From: Acidimicrobiia bacterium
Lineage (GTDB): Bacteria > Actinomycetota > Acidimicrobiia > Spongiisociales > Spongiisociaceae
Direction of reading: 5' to 3'
DNA length: 64,000 bases
NCBI GenBank assembly: GCA_041576165.1
Contig: JBFGLM010000007.1
Span: 1-64,000 of the forward strand
Shown here: in pieces, positions 28,726 through 37,286 of the stretch
Numbering within the stretch: position 1 is the first letter of the stretch
How the letters are laid out: each line of letters begins with the position of its first letter
Translations under genes and position numbers: made by a program
The notes under the pieces: generated by a model
The model's input: only the letters and a program-made list of their open reading frames with translations
What the model was told of the DNA's origin: nothing
Databases searched by the model: none

Positions 28726-29786
28726 CCCAGCCTCAGGTGTTCGTATTCGTTCAGGTCGGGCCGGCCCCAGACGGCCCAGAAGTCCCCGGAGGCCGGACGC
28801 ATGATGGCCGCGCCGCAGCTCTCGACGTGGTACGGAGGGGCGGAGACCTGACAGACGGTTTCCGATCGGCTGAGGTTCATCAGAGCTTCAGGTGTGACCG
28901 GCGTGGCGCCCATCAGCTCTCGGGCTCGGTCGAGCCGTGCCGCTGAGCTGATGCCCAGCGCCTCTGGCCGTTCCGCTTCGTGCGCTGCTAGCGCTGGGTC
29001 GACCACGTGGTTGGTGTGCACAAACGGCTCATGCTCGACCTTCGTGACCTTTGCGGTCTGGGGCATGGCTTCGATATTCGCGCCGCGCCCTTCCCGGTCC
29101 AGGAGCAGGAAGTTGTGCGCCCCGGCCAGGTCGGCGTCCAGCACACACTTGACCGCGTCGTCGAGATCCGTTTGCTGGAGGACCTTGCGCACTACGAACG
29201 GCCAGGTCACGCCCACCTGACCCTGCCGGGCGGCCAGGTTGTTGATCCCGATGCAGATCCCGGCCTCGTTCATCCCGATCTGACCGACGCAGCCGATGGT
29301 GGTGAACACCAGCGCCGCCGGATCGGAGCCGGACTGGACGTCCAGCATCACGACGTAAGGGGTAGCGGTGTCGTGCATGTCCCAGGTCTGGCCCAACAGG
29401 CCGGCCCCGCCAGCACCGGCAGACGCGGGAACGATGACCGCCGTGCACGTGTCCTCATGCACGTCGACCCCGAAGCGATGGCGGACCACGTCGATGAAAT
29501 CGGTGAAGCCGCCGACGATCACGGCCTCCTCGACCGAGATGCCGCCACCTTCGGCCATACCGTGCATCTCGGCGGCCAGATCCGATGCGTATTGCTCATG
29601 CGCAGGCACCATCTCCGCCGCCAGCGAGATCATCTCGTCGGTCGTCGCGGCATGGGTCGACCATTTCCCCGAACCGGCCAGTGCGATCCGTTCGTCGGTG
29701 TAGCCCCGCAGTTCGTCCGGGAAGGCGGCGCCATGGGTCCGCCCGCGTTCCGCCGGTGAGCCGGCGAGATGGAGCCGGCGAATCAC
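28722..29786 (-). CDS. Peptidase C45 family Ntn acyltransferase/hydrolase
   Basis: ERGRTHG, TCTAV (autoprocessing Cys), GQTWD, GMNEAGICIGINNL, HTNH. Confidence 0.88.
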   Translation of the reverse strand: MIRRLHLAGSPAERGRTHGAAFPDELRGYTDERIALAGSGKWSTHAATTDEMISLAAEMVPAHEQYASDLAAEMHGMAEGGGISVEEAVIVGGFTDFIDVVRHRFGVDVHEDTCTAVIVPASAGAGGAGLLGQTWDMHDTATPYVVMLDVQSGSDPAALVFTTIGCVGQIGMNEAGICIGINNLAARQGQVGVTWPFVVRKVLQQTDLDDAVKCVLDADLAGAHNFLLLDREGRGANIEAMPQTAKVTKVEHEPFVHTNHVVDPALAAHEAERPEALGISSAARLDRARELMGATPVTPEALMNLSRSETVCQVSAPPYHVESCGAAIMRPASGDFWAVWGRPDLNEYEHLRLG

Positions 29787-31135
29787 TGCTGCAACTCCGC
29801 GGCCACCTCCGCGACTGACGCTTCCACCACGTCCATCGCTTCCTCGAGCAGCTCGTCCGAGATGGTGAGCGGGGGCAAGAACCGCACACAATTGGAGTAG
29901 AGGCCGGCCCGGATCGTGATCACGCCACTCGCCACGGTCTTGGCAGTGATAGCCGAAGCCGCCTCCATCCATGGCTCTTTGCCGGCGGGGCTCTTGACGA
30001 TCTCCATCACCAGCATCGAGCCGACGCCCCGCACGTCACCGATCAGTCCCGGATGGGAGGCCTGGATCTTCTCGAGGCGGGTGCGCAGCAGGGCGCCAAC
30101 CTCGGCCGACCGGGCCAGGAACTCGGGGGCCTTGATCAGCTCGATCGCAGCCAGAGCCGCGGCACACGCCAGCGGGTTGTCGGAATATGTACCCCCGAGT
30201 CCCCCGGGGTGGGGGGCGTCCATGATCTCGGCCCGGCCGGTCACCGCCGATAGCGGCATCCCCGCCGCCAACGACTTGGCGGTGGTCACCATGTCCGGGA
30301 CCACGCCGCTGTGCTCGATGGCGAACAGCTTGCCGGTCCGTCCGAACCCGGATTGGATTTCGTCCGCCACGAACACGATGCCGTGCTCGTCGCAGATCTC
30401 ACGCAGGCGGCGCAGCCAGGTATGGGGGGCGGGCAGGAAGCCGGCCTCTCCCTGAACCGGCTCGATCACCAGGGCGGCGACATGGCCCGGCTCGACGATC
30501 GCCGTGAAGCAGTGGTCGAGGCGGGCGATGTGCCAGTCGACGAAGTCGACCTCCGACATCCCGGCTGGGCGGCGGTAGAGGTCGGGGAACGGGAACCGGT
30601 AGACCTCGGGGGAGAACGGCCCGAAGCCCTTCTTGAAGAGGTTGAACTTCGAGGTCATCGCCATCGTGAGGTTGGTGCGGCCGTGGTAGGCCCCGTCGAA
30701 TACGACGACGCCCTGACGGCCGCTGTAAGCCCGGCAGATGTTGATGGCCGTCTCGACCGCTTCGGCACCGGTGTTCATGAGAGTGGTCTTCTTCGGAAAG
30801 TCTCCCGGCGTGATTGCGTTGAGCGTCTCCGCGACCTCCACATAGCTCTCGTACGACGAGACGATGGCGCTCATGTGAATGAGTTGTTTGGCCTGGCTGG
30901 TGATGGCTTCGACGACTGCAGCGGGTGTGTGGCCGACAGCCAGAGCCCCAATCCCGCCTGCCAGGTCGATCAGTCGGTTGCCGTCGACATCGGTCACCAG
31001 CGCGCCATTGGCGGACTGAATGGCGACCGGGGTGAGCTTGGCTGCTCCCGGGGGAGTGGCGGCCTCCCGTCGGGCCACGACTTCGCGGCTGCGCGGTCCG
31101 GGAATGTCGCCGACAATGCGTATGCCAGCCGCCAC
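29783..31135 (-). CDS. gabT: 4-aminobutyrate aminotransferase (class III)
   Basis: DVDGNRLIDLAGGIG, TGAEAVE, YHGRT, EPVQGE, DEIQSGFGRTG, AKSLAAG; SD AGGAGG before GTG 31135. Confidence 0.9.
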   Translation of the reverse strand: MAAGIRIVGDIPGPRSREVVARREAATPPGAAKLTPVAIQSANGALVTDVDGNRLIDLAGGIGALAVGHTPAAVVEAITSQAKQLIHMSAIVSSYESYVEVAETLNAITPGDFPKKTTLMNTGAEAVETAINICRAYSGRQGVVVFDGAYHGRTNLTMAMTSKFNLFKKGFGPFSPEVYRFPFPDLYRRPAGMSEVDFVDWHIARLDHCFTAIVEPGHVAALVIEPVQGEAGFLPAPHTWLRRLREICDEHGIVFVADEIQSGFGRTGKLFAIEHSGVVPDMVTTAKSLAAGMPLSAVTGRAEIMDAPHPGGLGGTYSDNPLACAAALAAIELIKAPEFLARSAEVGALLRTRLEKIQASHPGLIGDVRGVGSMLVMEIVKSPAGKEPWMEAASAITAKTVASGVITIRAGLYSNCVRFLPPLTISDELLEEAMDVVEASVAEVAAELQQ

Positions 31136-31237
31136 AGTTCCTCCTCGCCTGGGCGGCCAAGTATCGCGGGGGTGGGGGTGCGCTGCAACCGATACAGTCG
31201 TGCATCTGGCTGTGGTAACTGATACGCTCGTATACGA

Positions 31238-31738
31238 GTGACTGAACGACCGAATAGTAGGCTCTCCTTTAGCAGTGCTGCTGAATCGAAGGTGACCGCG
31301 CTGGACGAAACGGATAAGGCGATCATCCGCCACCTGCAGGAGGATGGTCGGATGCCCTACACCCGATTGGGACCGCTGGTCGGCCTATCCGCCCCCGCCA
31401 CCCGCCAGCGCGTGCTGCAGCTAGTGGAACGGGGCGCGATGCAGGTCGTTGCCGTCACCGATCCACTGTCGTTGGGGTTCGGTACCCAAGCCATGATCGG
31501 GGTGAAGGCAGCCGGCGTCATCGACGAGGCCGCCGACAAACTGGCCGCGATCGACGAGATCGACTATGTGGTGGTCACCACCGGAAGGTTCGACCTTCTG
31601 TGTGAGGTGGTCTGTGTCGACAACGCCCACCTCCTCGAGATCATGGACCGGGTCCGCTCCCTCGATTCCGTCTCCGACGTCGAAGTCTTCAGCTACGTCA
31701 AGCTGGTCAAACAGACCTATGACTGGGGAGTTGTGTAA
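31238..31738 (+). CDS. Lrp/AsnC transcriptional regulator (start may be 31292)
   Basis: LDETDKAIIRHLQEDGRMPY, YVVVTTGRFDLLCE; divergent from gabT. Confidence 0.93.
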   Translation: MTERPNSRLSFSSAAESKVTALDETDKAIIRHLQEDGRMPYTRLGPLVGLSAPATRQRVLQLVERGAMQVVAVTDPLSLGFGTQAMIGVKAAGVIDEAADKLAAIDEIDYVVVTTGRFDLLCEVVCVDNAHLLEIMDRVRSLDSVSDVEVFSYVKLVKQTYDWGVV

Positions 31739-31777
31739 TGGCCCGGCCCGATCAGGATCGGGCCCGGGGCGAGGGTT

Positions 31778-31802
31778 TCGACGGCGGCGGGGCCGCCGTC
31801 GA
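31778..31802 (+). terminator. Hairpin after Lrp gene
   Basis: TCGACGGCGGC-GGG-GCCGCCGTCGA. Confidence 0.55.
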
Positions 31803-31974
31803 GTGGCGCCACCTTTGGTGGCGTTCGTTTTTTGGTGCGGCCTGGCGGCCGCGTTTTTGTTGCTGGGTCGCACCGCGCAGGTCGCTGCGCCCCAGATTGA
31901 GGGGGACCGCGGAGCGTCTCCCCCTCAAACTCCCCCTTGGGCTCTGTGCCGTGAGGTTCTGCGACGGGTGCCCG

Positions 31975-32052
31975 CTCGCCTGCGGCTTCGCTCGGTTGTC
32001 CGGGTCCGGCTGTGGCTGTGGCTGTCCGGTTCCCCTCGTCTGCGGCTTCGCT
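31975..32052 (+). repeat. 18-bp direct repeat pair in hairpin-rich intergenic DNA (REP-like)
   Basis: CTCGCCTGCGGCTTCGCT 31975-31992 and CTCGTCTGCGGCTTCGCT 32035-32052. Confidence 0.55.
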
Positions 32053-32076
32053 GGCTCCTCCCGCTAACTTCACCGC

Positions 32077-33066
32077 ATGACCGATCCGTTCCACGCATCC
32101 CGTGGCAGCCCCTTCACGTCGCGGGCGTCCTTCTCGGGGGTGCCGGCGCGTTCCTTGGACGACCTGAGGGACGCGGGGGTGGTGATCCTGGGGGCGCCGT
32201 TTGATTGGGGGGCGTCGAACCGGCCGGGTGCGCGGTTCGGGCCGAAGGCGATCCGGGAGGTCGGGTATCTGGGGTTTGACGGGTCACGGCCGCACCTGCC
32301 GACCGGGATCGATGCGCTCAGCACTCTGAACGTGGTCGATGCCGGCGACCTGCTGCTTCCCGTTGGCTACATCGAACAGAGCCTCGATCAGATCGCAGAC
32401 GCAGTGGAAGGGGTGTGCCGGCACGGGGCCATCCCGATCATCCTCGGGGGCGACCACTCCATCACCTTTCCCAACGCCCGGGCGACCGCGGCCGTGCATG
32501 GCGACATTGCCCTCGTTCATTTCGACGCGCACGCCGACACCGGCAACCAGTCCGCCAGTGGGATGCCGCTCAGCCATGGCACACCGATGCGGCGGCTGAT
32601 CGAATCGGGAGCGGTCCCGGGTCACCGGTTCGTCCAGATCGGCCTGCGGGGCTACTGGCCCGATCCCGACACCGTGGCTTGGATGCGGGAACAGGGCATG
32701 CGCAGCTATCTGATGACCGACATCGGTGAGCGGGGTCTGCGCACGGTGGTTGACGAGGCCGTCGACTATGCCACCGACGGCGCCGATGCCGTTTTCCTGT
32801 CGGTCGATATCGACGTGGTCGACCCGGGAATGGCGCCCGCCACCGGCACCCCCGAACCGGGCGGGCTGACCTCGCGCGAATTGCTCGACACCCTGCGCCG
32901 CCTGAGCCGGGAGCTCAACGTAGTGGGCGCCGACGTGGTGGAGGTGGCGCCGCCCTACGACGGGCCGGGCGAGATCACTTCGATGCTGGCCAACCGCGTC
33001 GTTCTCGAGATCCTCAACGGGATGGCCGAGCGCAAGCTCGAGCATCCGGGAGACAACCTCCCCTGA
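32077..33066 (+). CDS. speB: Agmatinase / ureohydrolase
   Basis: RPGARFGP, GGDHSIT, DAHAD, SHGT, SVDIDVVDP, PEPGG. Confidence 0.9.
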   Translation: MTDPFHASRGSPFTSRASFSGVPARSLDDLRDAGVVILGAPFDWGASNRPGARFGPKAIREVGYLGFDGSRPHLPTGIDALSTLNVVDAGDLLLPVGYIEQSLDQIADAVEGVCRHGAIPIILGGDHSITFPNARATAAVHGDIALVHFDAHADTGNQSASGMPLSHGTPMRRLIESGAVPGHRFVQIGLRGYWPDPDTVAWMREQGMRSYLMTDIGERGLRTVVDEAVDYATDGADAVFLSVDIDVVDPGMAPATGTPEPGGLTSRELLDTLRRLSRELNVVGADVVEVAPPYDGPGEITSMLANRVVLEILNGMAERKLEHPGDNLP

Positions 33067-33088
33067 GCGGGCGGAAGGACTTCTCTGA

Positions 33089-33925
33089 ATGACAGCGCTG
33101 CTGGCGACGGCGAGTTCGCTGATCATCGGTGCCTCGGACTTCTTCGGGGGTCTTGCGTCGCGCAAGGCGGCCGCGTTGCGGGTGACGACCTGGGTTCAGG
33201 CGACGTCGTTGCTGACGAGCCTCGCCTTGGTGTGGTTCTTTGTGGCGCCGGTGGTGACCGCGCGAGATCTGGCGGCTGGGGCAGTGGCCGGGATCGCCGG
33301 TTCGCTGGGGCTGGCCATGCTGTATGCAGCCCTCGCCATGGGGCAGATGAGCCGGGTATCGCCGGTGTCGGCGGTCGTTGGCGCTGTGGTCCCGGCCGCC
33401 GTCGAGTGGATTCGAGGCGAGCAGCCGACGCCACCCGTTTTGGTGGGCGGCGTGCTCGCGCTGGTGGCTGTGACGATGGTGACCCGCGAGCACCGCCCCG
33501 ACCCAGCACCGAACTCGGCGATGTCCATGTGGCTGGCCATTCTCGCCGGCACCGGATTTGGTGTGTTCTTCCTCGCGTTCGGTGAGACGAGTGAGGCCGC
33601 CGGCATTTGGCCGGTGGTGGCCGCCAAGGCGACATCGGTGCCGGTGGTCGCCGCGCTGGCGCTGACGATCACCCGTGGCCTCCGGCTGGGCAATGGATCG
33701 GCCGGCTTGGCGGTGGCGGCCGGCATCAGCGAGATGGCTGCCCTGGTTCTGCTGCTGCTGGCCGTGCAGCGCGGCTCGGTGACCGTGGTCGCCGTGATTG
33801 GCGCCCTCTATCCGGTGGCCACCGTGGGGCTCGCCGGGCTGATACTCAAGGAGAAGTTAGAGGCAGTCCAGTGGGCGGGCGTGGCACTGGCCGTCGTCGC
33901 CGTGGCGCTCATCGCCGCCGGCTGA
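33089..33925 (+). CDS. EamA/DMT transporter
   Basis: GASDFFGG, about 10 TM, LYPVATV..LKEKL. Confidence 0.88.
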   Translation: MTALLATASSLIIGASDFFGGLASRKAAALRVTTWVQATSLLTSLALVWFFVAPVVTARDLAAGAVAGIAGSLGLAMLYAALAMGQMSRVSPVSAVVGAVVPAAVEWIRGEQPTPPVLVGGVLALVAVTMVTREHRPDPAPNSAMSMWLAILAGTGFGVFFLAFGETSEAAGIWPVVAAKATSVPVVAALALTITRGLRLGNGSAGLAVAAGISEMAALVLLLLAVQRGSVTVVAVIGALYPVATVGLAGLILKEKLEAVQWAGVALAVVAVALIAAG

Positions 33926-33935
33926 ACCCGACTGC

Positions 33936-34508
33936 TCAGGCGGCAAGAAGGGCGTCGACCGCGGCGTCGGCGGCAGCCAGCAGCCGGGCGACCGGCCACT
34001 GGGCCGGAGCCTCGACAATCGACACGAACACCCCCTGGGCGAAAAGGAACAGCAGGTCGGCCGCTACCGCCGGGTGGGGGTGCCCGCACGCCGCGACCAC
34101 TTGCTCGATCACGTCCCGAACCGCAGCAGCGGTTGACGCGAGGTGCCGGTCCACCTCGTCGTCGCGCCCGCGGGCGGTCAGGAGCGCCACCCAGAACGCA
34201 CATCTGAGCTGCTCGTCGTGATCCCACGTGACAGACGCCCGCATCAGCGCACGTAGCTGCTCCGGCCCGCGGCCAGCCTCCAGGATCTCGGCCAGCTCCT
34301 CAATCCACTCGTCACCCATCTGATCGACCGCATTGACCAGCAGATCTGCCCGGGTGGGCAAATAGTTGGTGATGGCGCTGGTGGAAGCGCCCAGCTCAGC
34401 TGCGACTGAACGCAGCGTGACTGCCGGCAGGCCGTAGCGGGCCGCCACCGCGAACGTGGCCGCTGCAATGTCGCGGCGGCGTTGATCGACATCGACCCGG
34501 ATCGGCAC
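33936..34508 (-). CDS. TetR (BetI-like) regulator
   Basis: VDVDQRRRDIA, VTLRSVAAELGASTSAITNY. Confidence 0.9.
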   Translation of the reverse strand: MPIRVDVDQRRRDIAAATFAVAARYGLPAVTLRSVAAELGASTSAITNYLPTRADLLVNAVDQMGDEWIEELAEILEAGRGPEQLRALMRASVTWDHDEQLRCAFWVALLTARGRDDEVDRHLASTAAAVRDVIEQVVAACGHPHPAVAADLLFLFAQGVFVSIVEAPAQWPVARLLAAADAAVDALLAA

Positions 34509-34511
34509 GAG

Positions 34512-35822
34512 CTAGCCCAACGCCTCGGTGAGCGACTCTTCGAACACCATCAGCGTCGTAGCCACATCCTCATCTGACAGCGACGCATTCAGGAACCACG
34601 GCTCCAGGGCGTCCGGGTTGGGCAGCACACCCCGCCGGATCATCGCCATCGTCAGCTCCTCGTACAGATCGGCATTGTGACCGCCGGCCGAGCGGAAGTC
34701 GGTGGGAGGGGTGGCGCCGAAATAGAAACCGAACATGGCCGGCCGGCCGTGCACGCTGGATTCGACGCCGCGATCGGACAGGATCTTGGCGGCGCCGTCC
34801 AACAAGGTGGTGCCGAGCCGGTCGACGTGGCTCAACGGCTCGCCGGTCATCAACTCCTCGACGGTGGCCCGGGCGGCCGCCGCCGAAATACTGTTGCCGG
34901 AGAACGTTCCGGCCTGAGTGATGCCCTCGCGGCGCCACCCGTCGAGCACCGGGCCTCGTCCGGCGATAGCGGCCACCGGGACGCCGTTACCGAGCGCCTT
35001 GGCGAAGGTTGCCAGATCCGGTACGACTCCGTAGACCTCGGCGGCTCCCCCGACCGCGATGCGGAAGCCGGTCTTGACCTCGTCGAAGATGAGGACCGAC
35101 CCGTATTGGTCGCACAGTTCGCGCAGCCCGGTCAGGAACCCGTCCGCCGGTTCGATCCCCATGGCGTTGCCCAGCATGGGTTCCACCACAACCGCGGCGA
35201 TGCGGGTTCCGTCGTTGGCGAACACCCGCCGGACCGCCTCGAGGTCGTTGTATGGGAGCGTTCGGATGAGGGTGGCGATCATCTCGGGCATTCCCGAGCT
35301 CATCGGGGCCGGTATCGGCCGGTACGGCGAGCCGAGAGCTTCGGGCGGCTCACCGGGCGTGGAGAACATCAAGTAATCGTGGGCGCCGTGGTAGGTCCCT
35401 TCGAATTTCAGAATGACATCTCGGCCGGTGAAGCCGCGGGCCAAGCGGATGGCGTGCATGGTCGCCTCGGTGCCGGTGTTCGTGAACCGCAGCTGCTCCA
35501 CCCACGGCACCGCTTCCTTGACCCGCTCGGCCGCCAGGACCTCCCGTTCCTGGGTGAAGGCGAAGGTCATGCCGTGGGCGGCGGCTTCTGTGACGGCCTC
35601 GGTCACCGCCGGATGGCCGTGGCCCAGGATCACCGGGCCAAAGCCGTTGTGATAGTCGATGTAGCGCTTACCGTCCGAGTCGTAGACGTAGGCGCCCTCG
35701 CCGCGCGACAGCACGATCGTGTCTTCCCGTCCCCAGTAGCGCCATCCGCTGGAGACGCCGTTGACCAGAGCGGCAAATGCTCGGTCGAACCACTCTCTTG
35801 TTTTCGGACCCTGCAAGCTCAT
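34512..35822 (-). CDS. Class III aminotransferase, GSA-aminomutase-like subfamily
   Basis: NTGTEATMHAIRLARGFTGR, FEGTYHG, DEVKTGFR, FAKALGNG; catabolic context argues against true hemL. Confidence 0.85.
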   Translation of the reverse strand: MSLQGPKTREWFDRAFAALVNGVSSGWRYWGREDTIVLSRGEGAYVYDSDGKRYIDYHNGFGPVILGHGHPAVTEAVTEAAAHGMTFAFTQEREVLAAERVKEAVPWVEQLRFTNTGTEATMHAIRLARGFTGRDVILKFEGTYHGAHDYLMFSTPGEPPEALGSPYRPIPAPMSSGMPEMIATLIRTLPYNDLEAVRRVFANDGTRIAAVVVEPMLGNAMGIEPADGFLTGLRELCDQYGSVLIFDEVKTGFRIAVGGAAEVYGVVPDLATFAKALGNGVPVAAIAGRGPVLDGWRREGITQAGTFSGNSISAAAARATVEELMTGEPLSHVDRLGTTLLDGAAKILSDRGVESSVHGRPAMFGFYFGATPPTDFRSAGGHNADLYEELTMAMIRRGVLPNPDALEPWFLNASLSDEDVATTLMVFEESLTEALG

Positions 35823-37225
35823 CTGCTTCCTCCAATCTTGACGATTCGCCACATCAGGTCGGCCCGCCGGGCTGGCCCGTCTCCTTGGTTCTCCACCCGG
35901 TCGGCGGACTGCATGACCAGCAGTCCGGTGTTGATTCCCGCCCAGCGAAGCGGCTCGGGTGGCCAGTGGCGTTGCCGGCGATTCACCCAGGGAAATGACG
36001 TGAGTTCGGTTTGATGCCCGGTGATGAGATCCGCCAGGGTGCGACCGGCGATGTTGGTGGCCGTCACCCCCGACCCGACGTAGCCGCCGGCATAGGCGAG
36101 CCGGCCGGCGCTGTCGATTCCGACCGACGGATGCCAGTCGCGAGGTACACCTAGCACGCCACCCCACCGGTGCGAGATGGGAACCTCGCGTAACTGCGGG
36201 AAGACTTCCAGCAACGCAGTGTGTACCGCATCGAACACCTCGGGGGGGAATCCGGCATTGGGCCGGATACGAGACGCGTAGTCGTACGGGGCGCCGCGGC
36301 CGCCAAACGCAACCCGGCCGTCGGCGGTGCGCTGGCCGTAGACGACGAGATGGCGGAGATCCCCGAACGTCTCCCGGTTGGCCAGCCCGATCTCATTCCA
36401 CAGGTCGTCGGGGATCGGTTCGGTTGCGATCATCAGCGAATACAGCGGGGCCAGGAGCCGTCGCAGCCCGGGCAAGTTGCGGGTGTAGCCCTCGGTGGCC
36501 CGCACCACCATGCCGGCGGTGATGGTGCCGCCGCGGGTGACGACCTGCCCGGCGCCCAATTCGGTGGCCGGGGTCGACTCGAAGATCTGCACCCCTCGGC
36601 TCCCTACGGCGACAGCCAGTCCGTGCACGAGCGTGGCCGGCTGGATGGCGGCGGTGTTCGCCGACCACAGGCCACCCAGCACATCGGCGGCCCGGCCGAT
36701 GTCGCATGCCTCCTGGGCGGTCAGGACCCGGGTGTCGGCCGCGGTCCAGCCGTAGTGATGGGCTTCCTCCGCGTCGGCGCGGGCCCGAGCGAGTTGGCCT
36801 TGATTGCGGAGGAATTCGACGCTGCCAGCTTTGCTGTAGTTGCAGTCGATCCCTTCCTCGGCCGCCACCCGACCGACTTCGTCGACCGCCTCCCGCAATA
36901 CCGCGCCCCATCGCACCGCTGTAGCGTGGTCGGACTGCTGCTCGATTCGGCTCGGCCCGGCCGCGAACCCGTCGTAGCACCACCCACCGTTGCGCCCCGA
37001 GGCGCCGTATCCGACGTGGTGGGCGTCGATGACGGCAATCGAGAGCGCCGGGTCGCGTTCGAGGAGATAATGGGCCGTCCACAATCCGGTGTAGCCGGCG
37101 CCGACGATCGCGACGTCTGTGTCCAGATCTCGGTTCAGCGGCGGCCGGTTGGCAACCTGCTCCGGCAGGTGATCCCACCACAGCGGCCGGCCGGCGGCCG
37201 GCGTCGGGGATGACGAGGAGACCAT
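35819..37225 (-). CDS. FAD-dependent amine oxidoreductase (PuuB/DadA family)
   Basis: GAGYTGLWTA, GASGRNGGW, RATEGYT, GGYVGSGV, WPPEPLRW. Confidence 0.88.
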   Translation of the reverse strand: MVSSSSPTPAAGRPLWWDHLPEQVANRPPLNRDLDTDVAIVGAGYTGLWTAHYLLERDPALSIAVIDAHHVGYGASGRNGGWCYDGFAAGPSRIEQQSDHATAVRWGAVLREAVDEVGRVAAEEGIDCNYSKAGSVEFLRNQGQLARARADAEEAHHYGWTAADTRVLTAQEACDIGRAADVLGGLWSANTAAIQPATLVHGLAVAVGSRGVQIFESTPATELGAGQVVTRGGTITAGMVVRATEGYTRNLPGLRRLLAPLYSLMIATEPIPDDLWNEIGLANRETFGDLRHLVVYGQRTADGRVAFGGRGAPYDYASRIRPNAGFPPEVFDAVHTALLEVFPQLREVPISHRWGGVLGVPRDWHPSVGIDSAGRLAYAGGYVGSGVTATNIAGRTLADLITGHQTELTSFPWVNRRQRHWPPEPLRWAGINTGLLVMQSADRVENQGDGPARRADLMWRIVKIGGSR

Positions 37226-37235
37226 TGGACGATTA

Positions 37236-37263
37236 ATATAACACTGTCATATAACGCTGTTGT
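37236..37263. promoter_or_regulatory. Tandem operator-like sites between divergent oxidoreductase and aldehyde dehydrogenase
   Basis: ATATAACACTGT 37236-37247 and ATATAACGCTGT 37249-37260, each part of an imperfect ATAACA-N-TGTTAT palindrome. Confidence 0.65.
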
Positions 37264-37286
37264 ATCAACTGCGGGAGAGGTTTGCC

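Noticed and set aside
31739-32076. Guanidine riboswitch upstream of ureohydrolase plus EamA
   Set aside because: No paired ACGR-loop hairpins or ykkC-type consensus found by eye, and speB looks leaderless
34512-35822. Calling this gene hemL
   Set aside because: No hem genes nearby, divergent N-terminal motif, catabolic operon context
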